Positions 20,564 to 29,993 of a stretch of DNA of 64,000 bases are shown piece after piece. The position numbers were made by a program, and so were the translations under genes. Within the stretch, counting starts at the first letter, position 1. Each line of letters starts with the position of its first letter. A model generated the notes under the pieces. The model was not told the DNA's origin and searched no databases. It worked only from the letters and a program-made list of their open reading frames with translations. The stretch comes from Candidatus Kapaibacterium sp. (lineage in GTDB: Bacteria > Bacteroidota > Ignavibacteria > Kapaibacteriales > UBA2268), in assembly GCA_963664875.1 (NCBI GenBank), contig OY761611.1, forward strand, positions 3,648,001 to 3,712,000, given 5' to 3'.

Positions 20564-20709
20564 CTTACAGTAGATTATTATAGAAGCAAATATTTTCGCC
20601 AATGGAATGGCACTTCAAATCAGGCATAGTTTTTTCTGTCAAAATATTGAGAGGCTTTCTGCTTCTTTCTAAGAAAAAATGATTATATTTTGGTATTTCG
20701 TAAATCAAA

Positions 20710-21648
20710 GTGCAGGTCTTTGCTATGGAACAAATCCTTTCAGTTTATTTTAATATCGACAGAACTTACTTCACAGTAGTTAAAAGCGACCCGAAAGGTT
20801 TGGAGCTTGTGTACCTCAATTCTACTTCGTCTCCTGTAGATCTTGATAATATGGAAGAGACGTCGCCCGAAGTATTTAACGAAATAGATGACATGATAGC
20901 CGAAATTGACGGAGAAATAAACAGAGTTACCGTTACTCTCCCGGCAGAAAGTGTGCTGGTAAGTCAGTTCCCCGGTACAAGCGGCATGAGCGAAGAAGAA
21001 ATGAAACAGCTTGTCAGTCTAGAAATCAAACAATCGTATCCTCAGTTCAATTACAAAGATTTTACAATCAATGTTATTCCTTTGGCAGAAAGAAAGGACA
21101 GTGCTGCTATGATGATGGGCGTTATAATGCCAAAGTCTTCGTATATGTCCTGTAAAAAAATATTGCAATCTCTCAATCAACCTCTCAGCAATATAGAAAT
21201 CAGCCAACTAAGTGCTCATAACGCATTTTTGTATAACTATCCCGAAAAGCACGATAGCACAGTACTTTTGATGGGCTTGCAGGATCAGTTTATTGATGTA
21301 AGCGTTATCAAAAACAAACAACCTGTTTATTATAATCTTGTTTCATTGCCGACCAAAGAGCAGTTTGGTGAGATATTCGAAGCCGAGTTCAATAAGATAA
21401 CAGAAGAGGTAGTCGAGGGGATATCCTCAGCTTACTTCTTCGGAGCCGGTCTAACTAAGGATTTGCACATGATGGGTTGGGAAACCTCAATGTTGCTTGG
21501 CATAGAAGCGATGCGCCTTAATGCATTCCGAATGATGAAGACCAATCTGGACCAGCGGTCAAAAGAATATTGCTTACGCACTTTGCATATATATCCTCCG
21601 TGTATAGGTGGTGCGATGCCAGCTTATCATGAAAATTTGAGATTTTAG
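20710..21648 (+). CDS. PilM/GspL-like cytoplasmic protein
   Basis: VTLPAESVL...EEMKQLVSLEIKQSYP pattern and actin-like layout recall PilM; weak. Confidence 0.5.
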   Translation: MQVFAMEQILSVYFNIDRTYFTVVKSDPKGLELVYLNSTSSPVDLDNMEETSPEVFNEIDDMIAEIDGEINRVTVTLPAESVLVSQFPGTSGMSEEEMKQLVSLEIKQSYPQFNYKDFTINVIPLAERKDSAAMMMGVIMPKSSYMSCKKILQSLNQPLSNIEISQLSAHNAFLYNYPEKHDSTVLLMGLQDQFIDVSVIKNKQPVYYNLVSLPTKEQFGEIFEAEFNKITEEVVEGISSAYFFGAGLTKDLHMMGWETSMLLGIEAMRLNAFRMMKTNLDQRSKEYCLRTLHIYPPCIGGAMPAYHENLRF

Positions 21649-21734
21649 TTAGCCTTTGGGTCAAATATATTATCAGTTTTATTAAATATATTCAGTAAGC
21701 TCAGCACGACGCTTCCCAAGAAGGGGAATCAAAA

Positions 21735-21782
21735 TTCCCCTCTTTGCAAAGAGGGGTGGCACGTCGAAGACGTGACGAGGTG
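21735..21782. repeat. REP-like double hairpin
   Basis: CCCCTC..GAGGGGTGGC-stem-GAAG-stem-GACG(A/G)GGTG; same family at 56558 and 14631. Confidence 0.7.
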
Positions 21783-21980
21783 TTCAAATGTAGCAGACAC
21801 TTATTTATAGAATCTACCATTGTTTTATTTTCTAAAGACATTTTCCATCTAACTAATTGTAAGAAAGTAGTTGTTAGGGTGAAAGACAACTATATGAATA
21901 CATATTTGTTATTTTAAACCGTATTGAGTTTATTAGTTAACGTTGTAGTCGAATAATGTAGGTTGATATGAATATATTTG

Positions 21981-22446
21981 TAGCCTGAAAGGCTGATAGA
22001 TAATAGCCCATGGCAGCACCATGGGACGGTTGCAAGTATTGAGTAAACAGAGCCCTGTAAGGGCGGCAAGACTTTCCTTTACAGGTGATATAAATAAGAG
22101 AATGGTGTTACTTTTTCCATTTCTTTTTCTTTTTTTTGCGATAAAAAAGAAAAAGAAACGGCACTTCGACAAGCTCAGTGACCTTTGGAAAAAGAAAAAA
22201 GAACGCTTTGTCTCCTCTCCTCATCTAGTTTTTAAGCGTAAGAAGCACATCCAATTAAGGAATTACTGAAAACAAATATCTATATTATAGAGTGCTGATG
22301 CAATATATATAGTCAATACACGGACTATTTACTATGATGTTATATATTTTTTTTCGACTAAATGATATTTATAAAGAAAAAATAGGCAAACAGTTAGCTT
22401 CTTGTTGCCACAAACGCAAGTTTGTATTAGGGATTTGGGATAAATA
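21981..22446. repeat. Dispersed repeat copy 2 with its full REP head and an extra internal REP
   Basis: agcctgaaaggct / agcccatggcagcaccatggg / agccctgtaagggc head, as in 3940-4022. Body is the inverse of 14226-14600. Extra cacttcgacaagctcagtg at ~22162-22180. Confidence 0.85.
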
Positions 22447-22478
22447 GTTTGTTCAATATAAAAAATAAAGGTCTGTAT

Positions 22479-22847
22479 ATGAACAAAGATAACAAAGCAA
22501 AAGGAAATCTCGGCGAAAAGGAAGCTGCTGAGTATCTTGTTCAAAATGGATATTACATCGTAAAAACTAATTTTAAGTTTGGGAAGCATGGCGAGATTGA
22601 TATTATTTGCAAAAAAAATGATGTCCTCGTTTTTGTGGAAGTAAAAGCAAGGCAATCCTTCGAATATGGCGATCCTCTGCTTTCTATTACTCCAACCAAG
22701 CAGAAATCCTGGAAGAGAGCTGCAGAAGGATACCTTTATGTGAATAAAATAACTGACATAGAGTGTAGGTTCGATGTGATTACCGTCGATTTAAGCAAAA
22801 CTCCGCACAATATCGAACATATAGAAAATGCATTGTCGCCATTTTAA
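22479..22847 (+). CDS. yraN: YraN/UPF0102 endonuclease-like protein
   Basis: GNLGEKEAAEYL, GEIDII, FVEVKAR and CRFDVI motifs. Confidence 0.93.
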   Translation: MNKDNKAKGNLGEKEAAEYLVQNGYYIVKTNFKFGKHGEIDIICKKNDVLVFVEVKARQSFEYGDPLLSITPTKQKSWKRAAEGYLYVNKITDIECRFDVITVDLSKTPHNIEHIENALSPF

Positions 22848-22947
22848 ACTTATTTTCTAATGAACATAAGTTTTCTTGCTAATTCAGCTTGTTTAATTAT
22901 TTTTGTAGTCAAGTATTTAACCGTAAATTCTTTTTGGGATTCTGACA

Positions 22948-23925
22948 ATGAAAAAAGAAGGTATGAAAAAAATCCTCGTTACCGGTGCTCTTGGTCAAAT
23001 TGGTAGCGAATTAGTTTTAGAGCTTCGCAAAAGATATGGCGGCGAAAATGTTATCGCTACAGACCTCAGACCTACTCCAACAAAAGCTATTGCTGAAACA
23101 GGTCCTTTCGAGCAGGTTGATGTATTGAATATCGACAGCATCCGCCAGGTGATTGTAAAATATGACATAGATTCTATCTTTCACTTAGCCGCTATCCTTT
23201 CCGGTGTTGGCGAAAAAGACCCTCATCTTTGCTGGAACGTAAACATGAACGGTTCTATGAATATCCTTGATTTGGGTCGCAAATACGGCTTAAACAGGAT
23301 TATCATTCCAAGTTCTATGGCTGTTTGGGGCGAAGGTGTTCCTAAAGAAAACGTACCTCAGGACAGCGTTTTGAAGCCAACTTCTATGTATGGCGTTACT
23401 AAAGTTGCAGGCGAAAGACTTTGCGACTATTACGTGCAAAAATATGGTTTGGATTGTCGTGGTCTTCGTTATCCCGGTATCATTTCTCATGAAACTTTGC
23501 CGGGTGGCGGCACTACTGACTACGCAGTGGAAATTTTCTACGATGCAGTCAAAAAAGGCAAATACGAATGCTTCCTTTCAGAAGAAACTATGCTTCCAAT
23601 GATGTATATGCCTGATTGTATCAAAGCTACAATTGATTTGGCTGAAGCAGATTTTGACAATTTGAAACACCACAGTGACTTCAACGTTGCTGCTATTAGC
23701 TTCACTCCAAAACAGTTAGCTGAAGAAATCAAAAAACATAAACCTGACTTCGAAATCACTTACAAACCGGATTACAGACAGTCTATCGCAGACTCATGGC
23801 CTTGGTCAATTGATGACTCTGCTGCACGCGAAGAGTGGAACTGGGATCCTGCTTACGATTTGGCTGGAATGACTAAAGATATGCTTGAAAAATTGGAAGA
23901 AAAGCACGCAAAGGGCTTAATCTAA
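22948..23925 (+). CDS. L-threonine 3-dehydrogenase (SDR/epimerase type)
   Basis: GALGQIG, YGVTK, PGGGTTDYAV and PMMYMPD motifs. Confidence 0.88.
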   Translation: MKKEGMKKILVTGALGQIGSELVLELRKRYGGENVIATDLRPTPTKAIAETGPFEQVDVLNIDSIRQVIVKYDIDSIFHLAAILSGVGEKDPHLCWNVNMNGSMNILDLGRKYGLNRIIIPSSMAVWGEGVPKENVPQDSVLKPTSMYGVTKVAGERLCDYYVQKYGLDCRGLRYPGIISHETLPGGGTTDYAVEIFYDAVKKGKYECFLSEETMLPMMYMPDCIKATIDLAEADFDNLKHHSDFNVAAISFTPKQLAEEIKKHKPDFEITYKPDYRQSIADSWPWSIDDSAAREEWNWDPAYDLAGMTKDMLEKLEEKHAKGLI

Positions 23926-23946
23926 TTAAGTATAAAGTATTTTCAA

Positions 23947-23991
23947 TAAAATCGCCGTAATATCATTATAGATGTTACGGCGATTTTTTTT
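23947..23991 (+). terminator. Rho-independent terminator
   Basis: aaaatcgccgtaa...ttacggcgatttttttt. Confidence 0.8.
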
Positions 23992-24162
23992 CAATATATC
24001 AATCCTCTCTTTGTAGGTTTCATTCAAATAAGAAAGATCTTTGACTGCTCCATTACTTGACACACTCAAAATCCTAAAGATGTTCAGTAATTCTTTGTGC
24101 AGATTAGTCTAAATTTTGTATCTTTGAGGAAATGGGGTATTAGTTATTATTCAAGAAATATT

Positions 24163-24546
24163 ATGAAAACTTCCACTTTGACTAAGCTTGGAATTAAGAA
24201 CGCTGTTTATTATTCTTATCATGGTGTAAAGCCAGAAGAAAAAAAACTTGGCGGTAAATATCAGGTTGATTTAGATTTGTGGTACGATGCCACACAAGCT
24301 ATCATCAACGATGGTGTCAATCATGCTCTTAACTACGAAGAAGCTATGTTTTGTATCTCAGAAATTATAAGCGGAGAGTCTTATAATTTGATAGAAACTA
24401 TTGCAAATGAAATTCTAAATTTGGTCATGGAAAAATTTCCTCAGTGCCAAAAAGCTACTATCAGACTTCGCAAGCTCGCAGTGCCTATCCGCAGACCGAT
24501 AGATTATATAGAAGCTGAGCAAACTATGGAAAGAAGTGAAGGCTGA
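24163..24546 (+). CDS. folB: Dihydroneopterin aldolase
   Basis: YSYHGV.PEEK.LG, LNY and NLIET motifs; upstream of folK. Confidence 0.92.
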   Translation: MKTSTLTKLGIKNAVYYSYHGVKPEEKKLGGKYQVDLDLWYDATQAIINDGVNHALNYEEAMFCISEIISGESYNLIETIANEILNLVMEKFPQCQKATIRLRKLAVPIRRPIDYIEAEQTMERSEG

Positions 24547-25030
24547 GCATAATATATTGCTATCGCTTGGAAGCAATTTAGGCAACAAATACGATGTTTT
24601 AAACCTTGCAGTGCAATGCTTGAGCCTTGGCGGAGTCATTCATGATTGCAAGGTTTCGTCTTTTTATGAGACTGAGCCTTTTGGTGTAGCCGAGCAAGAT
24701 TGGTTTGTGAATATAGCTCTTTGTGCAAAGACTCATCACACTCCTTTGGAATTGCTGTTTCTTTGCAAATCTATGGAGTATTTACTTGGCAGAAAACCGC
24801 GCGAAAGATGGCACGAAAGAGAAATTGATATTGATTTGATTTTTTTTGATGATATTACCTTACAATCAGACTTACTAACAATACCGCATATAATGATGCA
24901 TTTGCGTAATTTTGTGCTTGCTCCCGCTGCAGAAATTGCACCGAGTTGGATTCATCCGCTATTTGGAGAATCTGTTTCAGTACTTTTAGATAAATGCCCG
25001 GATAAATCCATTATCAGAAAGGTTGAGTAA
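24536..25030 (+). CDS. folK: HPPK (6-hydroxymethyl-7,8-dihydropterin pyrophosphokinase)
   Basis: LSLGSNLG, YETEP, REIDIDLI and PH...RNFVL motifs. Confidence 0.95.
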   Translation: MKAEHNILLSLGSNLGNKYDVLNLAVQCLSLGGVIHDCKVSSFYETEPFGVAEQDWFVNIALCAKTHHTPLELLFLCKSMEYLLGRKPRERWHEREIDIDLIFFDDITLQSDLLTIPHIMMHLRNFVLAPAAEIAPSWIHPLFGESVSVLLDKCPDKSIIRKVE

Positions 25031-25033
25031 AAA

Positions 25034-26950
25034 ATGGCAATCCAAATCCCTAACGATAAAATTGAAGAAATAAACCAAAATGCCGACATAGTGGAAGTTA
25101 TTGGTGATTTTCTTGATTTGAAAAGAAGGGGAAGGAATTTTATTACCCGCTGTCCTTTTCACGAAGAAAAAACTCCATCCTTTAATGTCTCGCCTGAAAG
25201 AAACATTTTTAAATGTTTTGGTTGTGGCAAATCAGGAGATTCTATTAGTTTTTTGATGGAGTACAACAAACTTAGCTTTGTGGAAGCAGCTGTGTACCTT
25301 GCCAATAAATTTGGTATAGACTTGCGAGTCGAAGAAAGCCCTGATAAAAAAGAAGATGGAGACGGCAACGCCAGAGCAGCTGCTTATAAGGTCATAGAAG
25401 CTGCAGCGGAGCTTTTTCATCAATATCTATTTTCGAAAGACGGCGTCAACACAATTAATTATTTTCAGGGAAGAGGATTCAAGTTAGACACATTCGAAGA
25501 GTTCAATCTTGGTCTATCGCCTGATTCGTGGGATGCAACTTCAAAGCATTTACTCAAAAAAGGCTTTTCTGAAGATTCTATGCGACATGCCGGATTGATA
25601 ATAGACAAGGATACCGGTGGCTATTACGATAGATTTCGTGGCAGAGCTATGTTCCCGATTCGAGATTTTATGGGAAGAGTCATAGGCTTTGGTGCGAGAG
25701 ACATGACAGGCGAGCAAAAAACTGCAAAATATATAAACTCGCCCCAATCACTAATCTATGATAAAAGTCAGGTGCTTTACGGTTTGTTCGAAGCAAAAAA
25801 TGCTCTCCGAAACAGTCGTGAAGCGATACTTGTAGAAGGCTATGCCGATGTTATTACTTTGCATCAGGCCGGATTCAAAAATGCTGTTGCTTCGAGTGGC
25901 ACTGCGTTGACAGAACAGCAAGTAAAACTACTTTCAAGATATACCAAAAAAGTAAATTTACTTTACGATTCGGATGATGCCGGACAGGCTGCCTCCGAGA
26001 AAGCTCTTCCGCTATTGCTCAAAGAAGGATTAGAAGTTACAGTAATCCGACTTCCTGACAAAGAAGACCCTGATAGCTTAATTAGAGATAGTGGGGTAGA
26101 GGCTTTTAAAATATACAAAAGAGAAGCAGTCGGATTTATCGACTTTCTGCTTAAGAGATATGAAATGAAGGGTATATTGCAAAGTCCTTCTTCTTTGGCT
26201 GAGGCACTACGCGAAGTTACTAAGTTAATCAGACTGATACCCGACAAATTGCAACAGCATTACCATATTCGCCGTATGGTATCAGTTTTCAAAATCTCTG
26301 AAAACGAGCTTGAAATACTGCTGAAAGAAAACAAAAGCGAAAGTATAACTTACAAGAAAGTGATGCCGATTGCAACGGAAGAGGACAATCCTTCACAGCT
26401 GGTTTCCAATCCTGATGTAAAAGAGATTGTAATCGGAGATGCGGTTTATATTGCAAATAAAGATATTTTGAAAGACATATTTAATGCTGAATTACTGATA
26501 CTCAAACTTGCCTTGACAGAAGCAACTTCTATGTCTTTACTCGAAAAGAAATATAATTTCAGCGATGAAAGTATGATAAGTGAAAAAGGGAAAAGACTTT
26601 TTTCTATCATTCGTTATTTCAGTGAGGTTTCGTCAAATCCGTTGTCAACTATTCTGCAGAGTGAATTTATCGAGCAGGAGGACAAAGATCTGATTTCTGC
26701 CCTGTCAATCAAGTTTCAGGAAGTAAATGACAAATGGGATTTGGACGCAGCCGGAGTTAAATTTAGCCCGGAGCGCAATTTTATTGATGCTATATATAAT
26801 CTTGCGATTAAAAAAATAAATATTCGGAAAAAAGAATTAGAACTTCGACTTTCACAAACTGAAGACACTGACGAACAATCGGATATACTCAAAGAACTAA
26901 GAGATCTAAACAGAGCTACCGAAGACATATTTGATAAAATGAGAGATTAA
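25034..26950 (+). CDS. dnaG: DNA primase
   Basis: CPFHEEKTPSF...CFGC zinc finger, DRFRGR, KYINSP, EGYADV and DPD Toprim motifs. Confidence 0.97.
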   Translation: MAIQIPNDKIEEINQNADIVEVIGDFLDLKRRGRNFITRCPFHEEKTPSFNVSPERNIFKCFGCGKSGDSISFLMEYNKLSFVEAAVYLANKFGIDLRVEESPDKKEDGDGNARAAAYKVIEAAAELFHQYLFSKDGVNTINYFQGRGFKLDTFEEFNLGLSPDSWDATSKHLLKKGFSEDSMRHAGLIIDKDTGGYYDRFRGRAMFPIRDFMGRVIGFGARDMTGEQKTAKYINSPQSLIYDKSQVLYGLFEAKNALRNSREAILVEGYADVITLHQAGFKNAVASSGTALTEQQVKLLSRYTKKVNLLYDSDDAGQAASEKALPLLLKEGLEVTVIRLPDKEDPDSLIRDSGVEAFKIYKREAVGFIDFLLKRYEMKGILQSPSSLAEALREVTKLIRLIPDKLQQHYHIRRMVSVFKISENELEILLKENKSESITYKKVMPIATEEDNPSQLVSNPDVKEIVIGDAVYIANKDILKDIFNAELLILKLALTEATSMSLLEKKYNFSDESMISEKGKRLFSIIRYFSEVSSNPLSTILQSEFIEQEDKDLISALSIKFQEVNDKWDLDAAGVKFSPERNFIDAIYNLAIKKINIRKKELELRLSQTEDTDEQSDILKELRDLNRATEDIFDKMRD

Positions 26951-26953
26951 GCG

Positions 26954-27940
26954 ATGAAAAAGGAAATCAATAAATCTATCAAAGAGCAGATAACAGATAC
27001 TCTAACTTCCAGGGCAGTTATTGCTTCTCTGCTTTTTGCGGTTGCTTTATGGGCTTACAGTAGCTTAAACGAAGAATACACTACAAGGATTATAGTTCCA
27101 CTTGAGGTAAAACTTCCATCTACTCGTGCTTTGGAAGAAGGGCTACCCGAGGAAATATCTTTAGAAGTAAAAGGAACAGGTTGGCATTTATTCAATATTT
27201 ATTTTTTCAATACATCAGAAAACTGTTTTATTGATTTATCAGGCAAGTATATCACTGACAGCATATATACGATTTCGAGGGCAGAGATACTAAAAGGTAT
27301 TCGCAATTTGATGAATCTCCATGCAAGTGATGTAAGCCCGGAATATATGCAACTTGTAACGGGCAGAGTTACTCAAAAAGATGTGCCTGTGATTCCTGAT
27401 TTGAATATTATACCTCGTGATGGATTTACTTTGGCAGAGCAAACAAGAGTGCAACCTCAGAGGGTTACAATACGCGGGAATGACAAAATCATAAAACATA
27501 TAGATTCTTGGAGCACTACACAAGAAACTCTCAAAGATGTTTATCAGGACATAATACTCGATATTCCACTAAAAGACTCATTGCACGGCATTGTAGAAAC
27601 ATTGCCTAATACAGTTACTCTATCTACCAAAGTAGAGCAATTTGCCGAGACAACTATCTATGATGTTCCGGTAAGAGTTAGGGGTGGTGTGCTTACAAAA
27701 GAGCATACACTTAGCTCGAGAAAAATTGATATTACTGTCAGAGCTGCTGCTTCTGTGCTGGACAATCTTACCCCTGATAGATTCATAGTGACATTAGATT
27801 ATAACAAAGTCCTAAGCGATTCGACAGGAATTTTAATTCCAGACATAGAGAGTAGAGACAAACTACAGGTATTGCAAATCTATCCTGAGGTAATCTATCA
27901 CTACAAGCGTTTCAAAGAGACTCTGATAGCAAATATGTAG
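26954..27940 (+). CDS. YbbR/CdaR-like membrane-anchored protein
   Basis: N-terminal TM (SLLFAVALW); repeated P..V.I.G YbbR-type domains. Confidence 0.7.
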   Translation: MKKEINKSIKEQITDTLTSRAVIASLLFAVALWAYSSLNEEYTTRIIVPLEVKLPSTRALEEGLPEEISLEVKGTGWHLFNIYFFNTSENCFIDLSGKYITDSIYTISRAEILKGIRNLMNLHASDVSPEYMQLVTGRVTQKDVPVIPDLNIIPRDGFTLAEQTRVQPQRVTIRGNDKIIKHIDSWSTTQETLKDVYQDIILDIPLKDSLHGIVETLPNTVTLSTKVEQFAETTIYDVPVRVRGGVLTKEHTLSSRKIDITVRAAASVLDNLTPDRFIVTLDYNKVLSDSTGILIPDIESRDKLQVLQIYPEVIYHYKRFKETLIANM

Positions 27941-28346
27941 AATTTTCTAATCATTTTTCATTGTAGAAAAGTAAGCTCTTGCAATTCTAAGATGATTGCA
28001 TTCATATTTGTAGTTCCTCTCCAAAAAAAAATTTGAATATTTTTATTTTCGCTTTTCTAAAATTCCAATTCAAATCAGAAGTAGTGTTCGCTACCACATA
28101 ATATCGATAAATCACTCCTCAGGAATATATGTGCACTTTTCATAGGTATGAAAAAAGTTTGGATTGTTGGAAACTATTTAACAGGAAATCTTTTTTATTT
28201 TCCAAATTCGTCGTATCTTAAGCAAATAATTGTGTAAATTTGGTTTACAAATACCAAGAATTAGATTAAAATTTTCGATATATCAAACAATAGAGATATT
28301 CCATAATCTATTTATATAATTGTTAAACTAAATCAAAGGACGTCAA

Positions 28347-29891
28347 ATGTTAAAAGGACATCCGAAGGGGCTGATAGCCGCTTCTCTTGCCAATATGGGC
28401 GAGCGTTTTGGTTTCTATGTAATGATGGCAATTTTAGTACTGTTTTTGCAGGCTAAATTTGGCTTAGATGGAGGAGACGCAGGTCTTATTTATTCCATCT
28501 TTTATTTCTCTATTTATATCTTGGCTTTTGTTGGTGGTGTGATTGCCGATAAGCTGAGGAACTACAAAGGCACAATCTTTGTAGGCTTGCTTGTAATGGC
28601 ACTTGGCTATGCTATCATTGCGTTCCCGACCCCTACTCCTGTTCCTGATCAGACTTTGTTCTTGATTCTTACTTGCTTTGGCTTGTTTACAATAGCCTTT
28701 GGTAATGGTCTTTTCAAAGGAAATTTGCAGGCACTTGTTGGTCAGATGTATGACAATCCTGAGTATAGTGCAAAAAGAGATTCAGGTTTCTCTTTATTCT
28801 ACATGTTTATCAACGTAGGAGCCATGGTTGCTCCATTTATTGCTGTTGGTATTCGTAACTGGTATTTGGGTACACATGGTTTGGAGTACAGTGCTGATTT
28901 ACCGGCGTTGTGTCATCAGATGCTAACAGGTGGTTTAAGCCAAGATGCAATGACAATGTACACAAATCTCATGACTCAAGTTCAAATAGGAGCTTCCACA
29001 ATTTCTGATCCTATTGAATTTGCCAATGCTTATTTGAATGTATTCAATACAGGTTTCCATTATGCATTTGGTGCAGCAATTGTTGCAATGGCTATTTCTG
29101 TTACTATTTACTTAGTAAACAAAAACAGTTTCCCTAACGTTCAGAAAAAAGAAAAAGGTGGGGCAAGTGCTGACGCTCCTGAGATGGATCCGCAAGAAGT
29201 GAAACAACGCATCTGGGCTTTGTTAGCAGTATTTGGTGTTGTTATTTTCTTTTGGTTCTCATTCCATCAAAATGGTTTGACATTAACAATGTTTGCTAAA
29301 AACTATACTGATTTAAGTGCTATTGCAATAGATTTAGGATTTGTAAAAATTGAGGGTGCAGAAATATTTCAGTCCATCAATCCAATCTTTATCGTATTCC
29401 TAACTCCTGTAATTATGGCAGTATTTGGTTGGTTAAATGCAAAAGGTATGGAACCTTCTACTCCTAAGAAGATTGCTATCGGTATGTTTATAGCTGCAAT
29501 GGCGTATGTACTAATGGTGATTGGTTCTTTTGATGTTCCTTTGTTTGAAACAATTGACCCTGCAAAAGGTGGTGTTCCATTAGATAATGCTGCTAAGGTA
29601 ACTCCATTCTTGTTGATAGGTACTTATTTTATCCTAACAGTAGCTGAGTTATTTATTTCTCCGCTTGGTATTTCATTTGTATCTAAAGTAGCTCCTCCAC
29701 AGTATCAAGGTGTAATGCAAGGTGGCTGGTTAGGTGCAACTGCTTTGGGTAATCAATTGCTATTTATTGGTGCTATTCTATATGAATCAGTTCCTATATG
29801 GCTTACTTGGTCAGTATTTGTAGTGGCATGTTTAATTTCGATGTTTACGATGCTGTTTATGTTAAAATGGCTCGAAAAAATAGCGAAGTAA
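28347..29891 (+). CDS. POT/PTR family proton-dependent oligopeptide transporter
   Basis: ERFGFY, GNGLFK, FYMFINVG and ELFISPLG motifs; multiple TM helices. Confidence 0.93.
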   Translation: MLKGHPKGLIAASLANMGERFGFYVMMAILVLFLQAKFGLDGGDAGLIYSIFYFSIYILAFVGGVIADKLRNYKGTIFVGLLVMALGYAIIAFPTPTPVPDQTLFLILTCFGLFTIAFGNGLFKGNLQALVGQMYDNPEYSAKRDSGFSLFYMFINVGAMVAPFIAVGIRNWYLGTHGLEYSADLPALCHQMLTGGLSQDAMTMYTNLMTQVQIGASTISDPIEFANAYLNVFNTGFHYAFGAAIVAMAISVTIYLVNKNSFPNVQKKEKGGASADAPEMDPQEVKQRIWALLAVFGVVIFFWFSFHQNGLTLTMFAKNYTDLSAIAIDLGFVKIEGAEIFQSINPIFIVFLTPVIMAVFGWLNAKGMEPSTPKKIAIGMFIAAMAYVLMVIGSFDVPLFETIDPAKGGVPLDNAAKVTPFLLIGTYFILTVAELFISPLGISFVSKVAPPQYQGVMQGGWLGATALGNQLLFIGAILYESVPIWLTWSVFVVACLISMFTMLFMLKWLEKIAK

Positions 29892-29993
29892 ACAAAAACT
29901 TTATTATTTTTGAACCGTTCCTACATTTTTTGTTTGAACGGTTTTTTTATATAGTTTTATAATACAGTAATAAGACAATACTGAGTAATTGAA

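Noticed and set aside
14405-22269. Similar short ORFs 14405-14590, 21933-22172 and 22021-22269
   Set aside because: They are translations of the inverted non-coding repeat (low-complexity F/K runs from hairpin arms), not credible genes.
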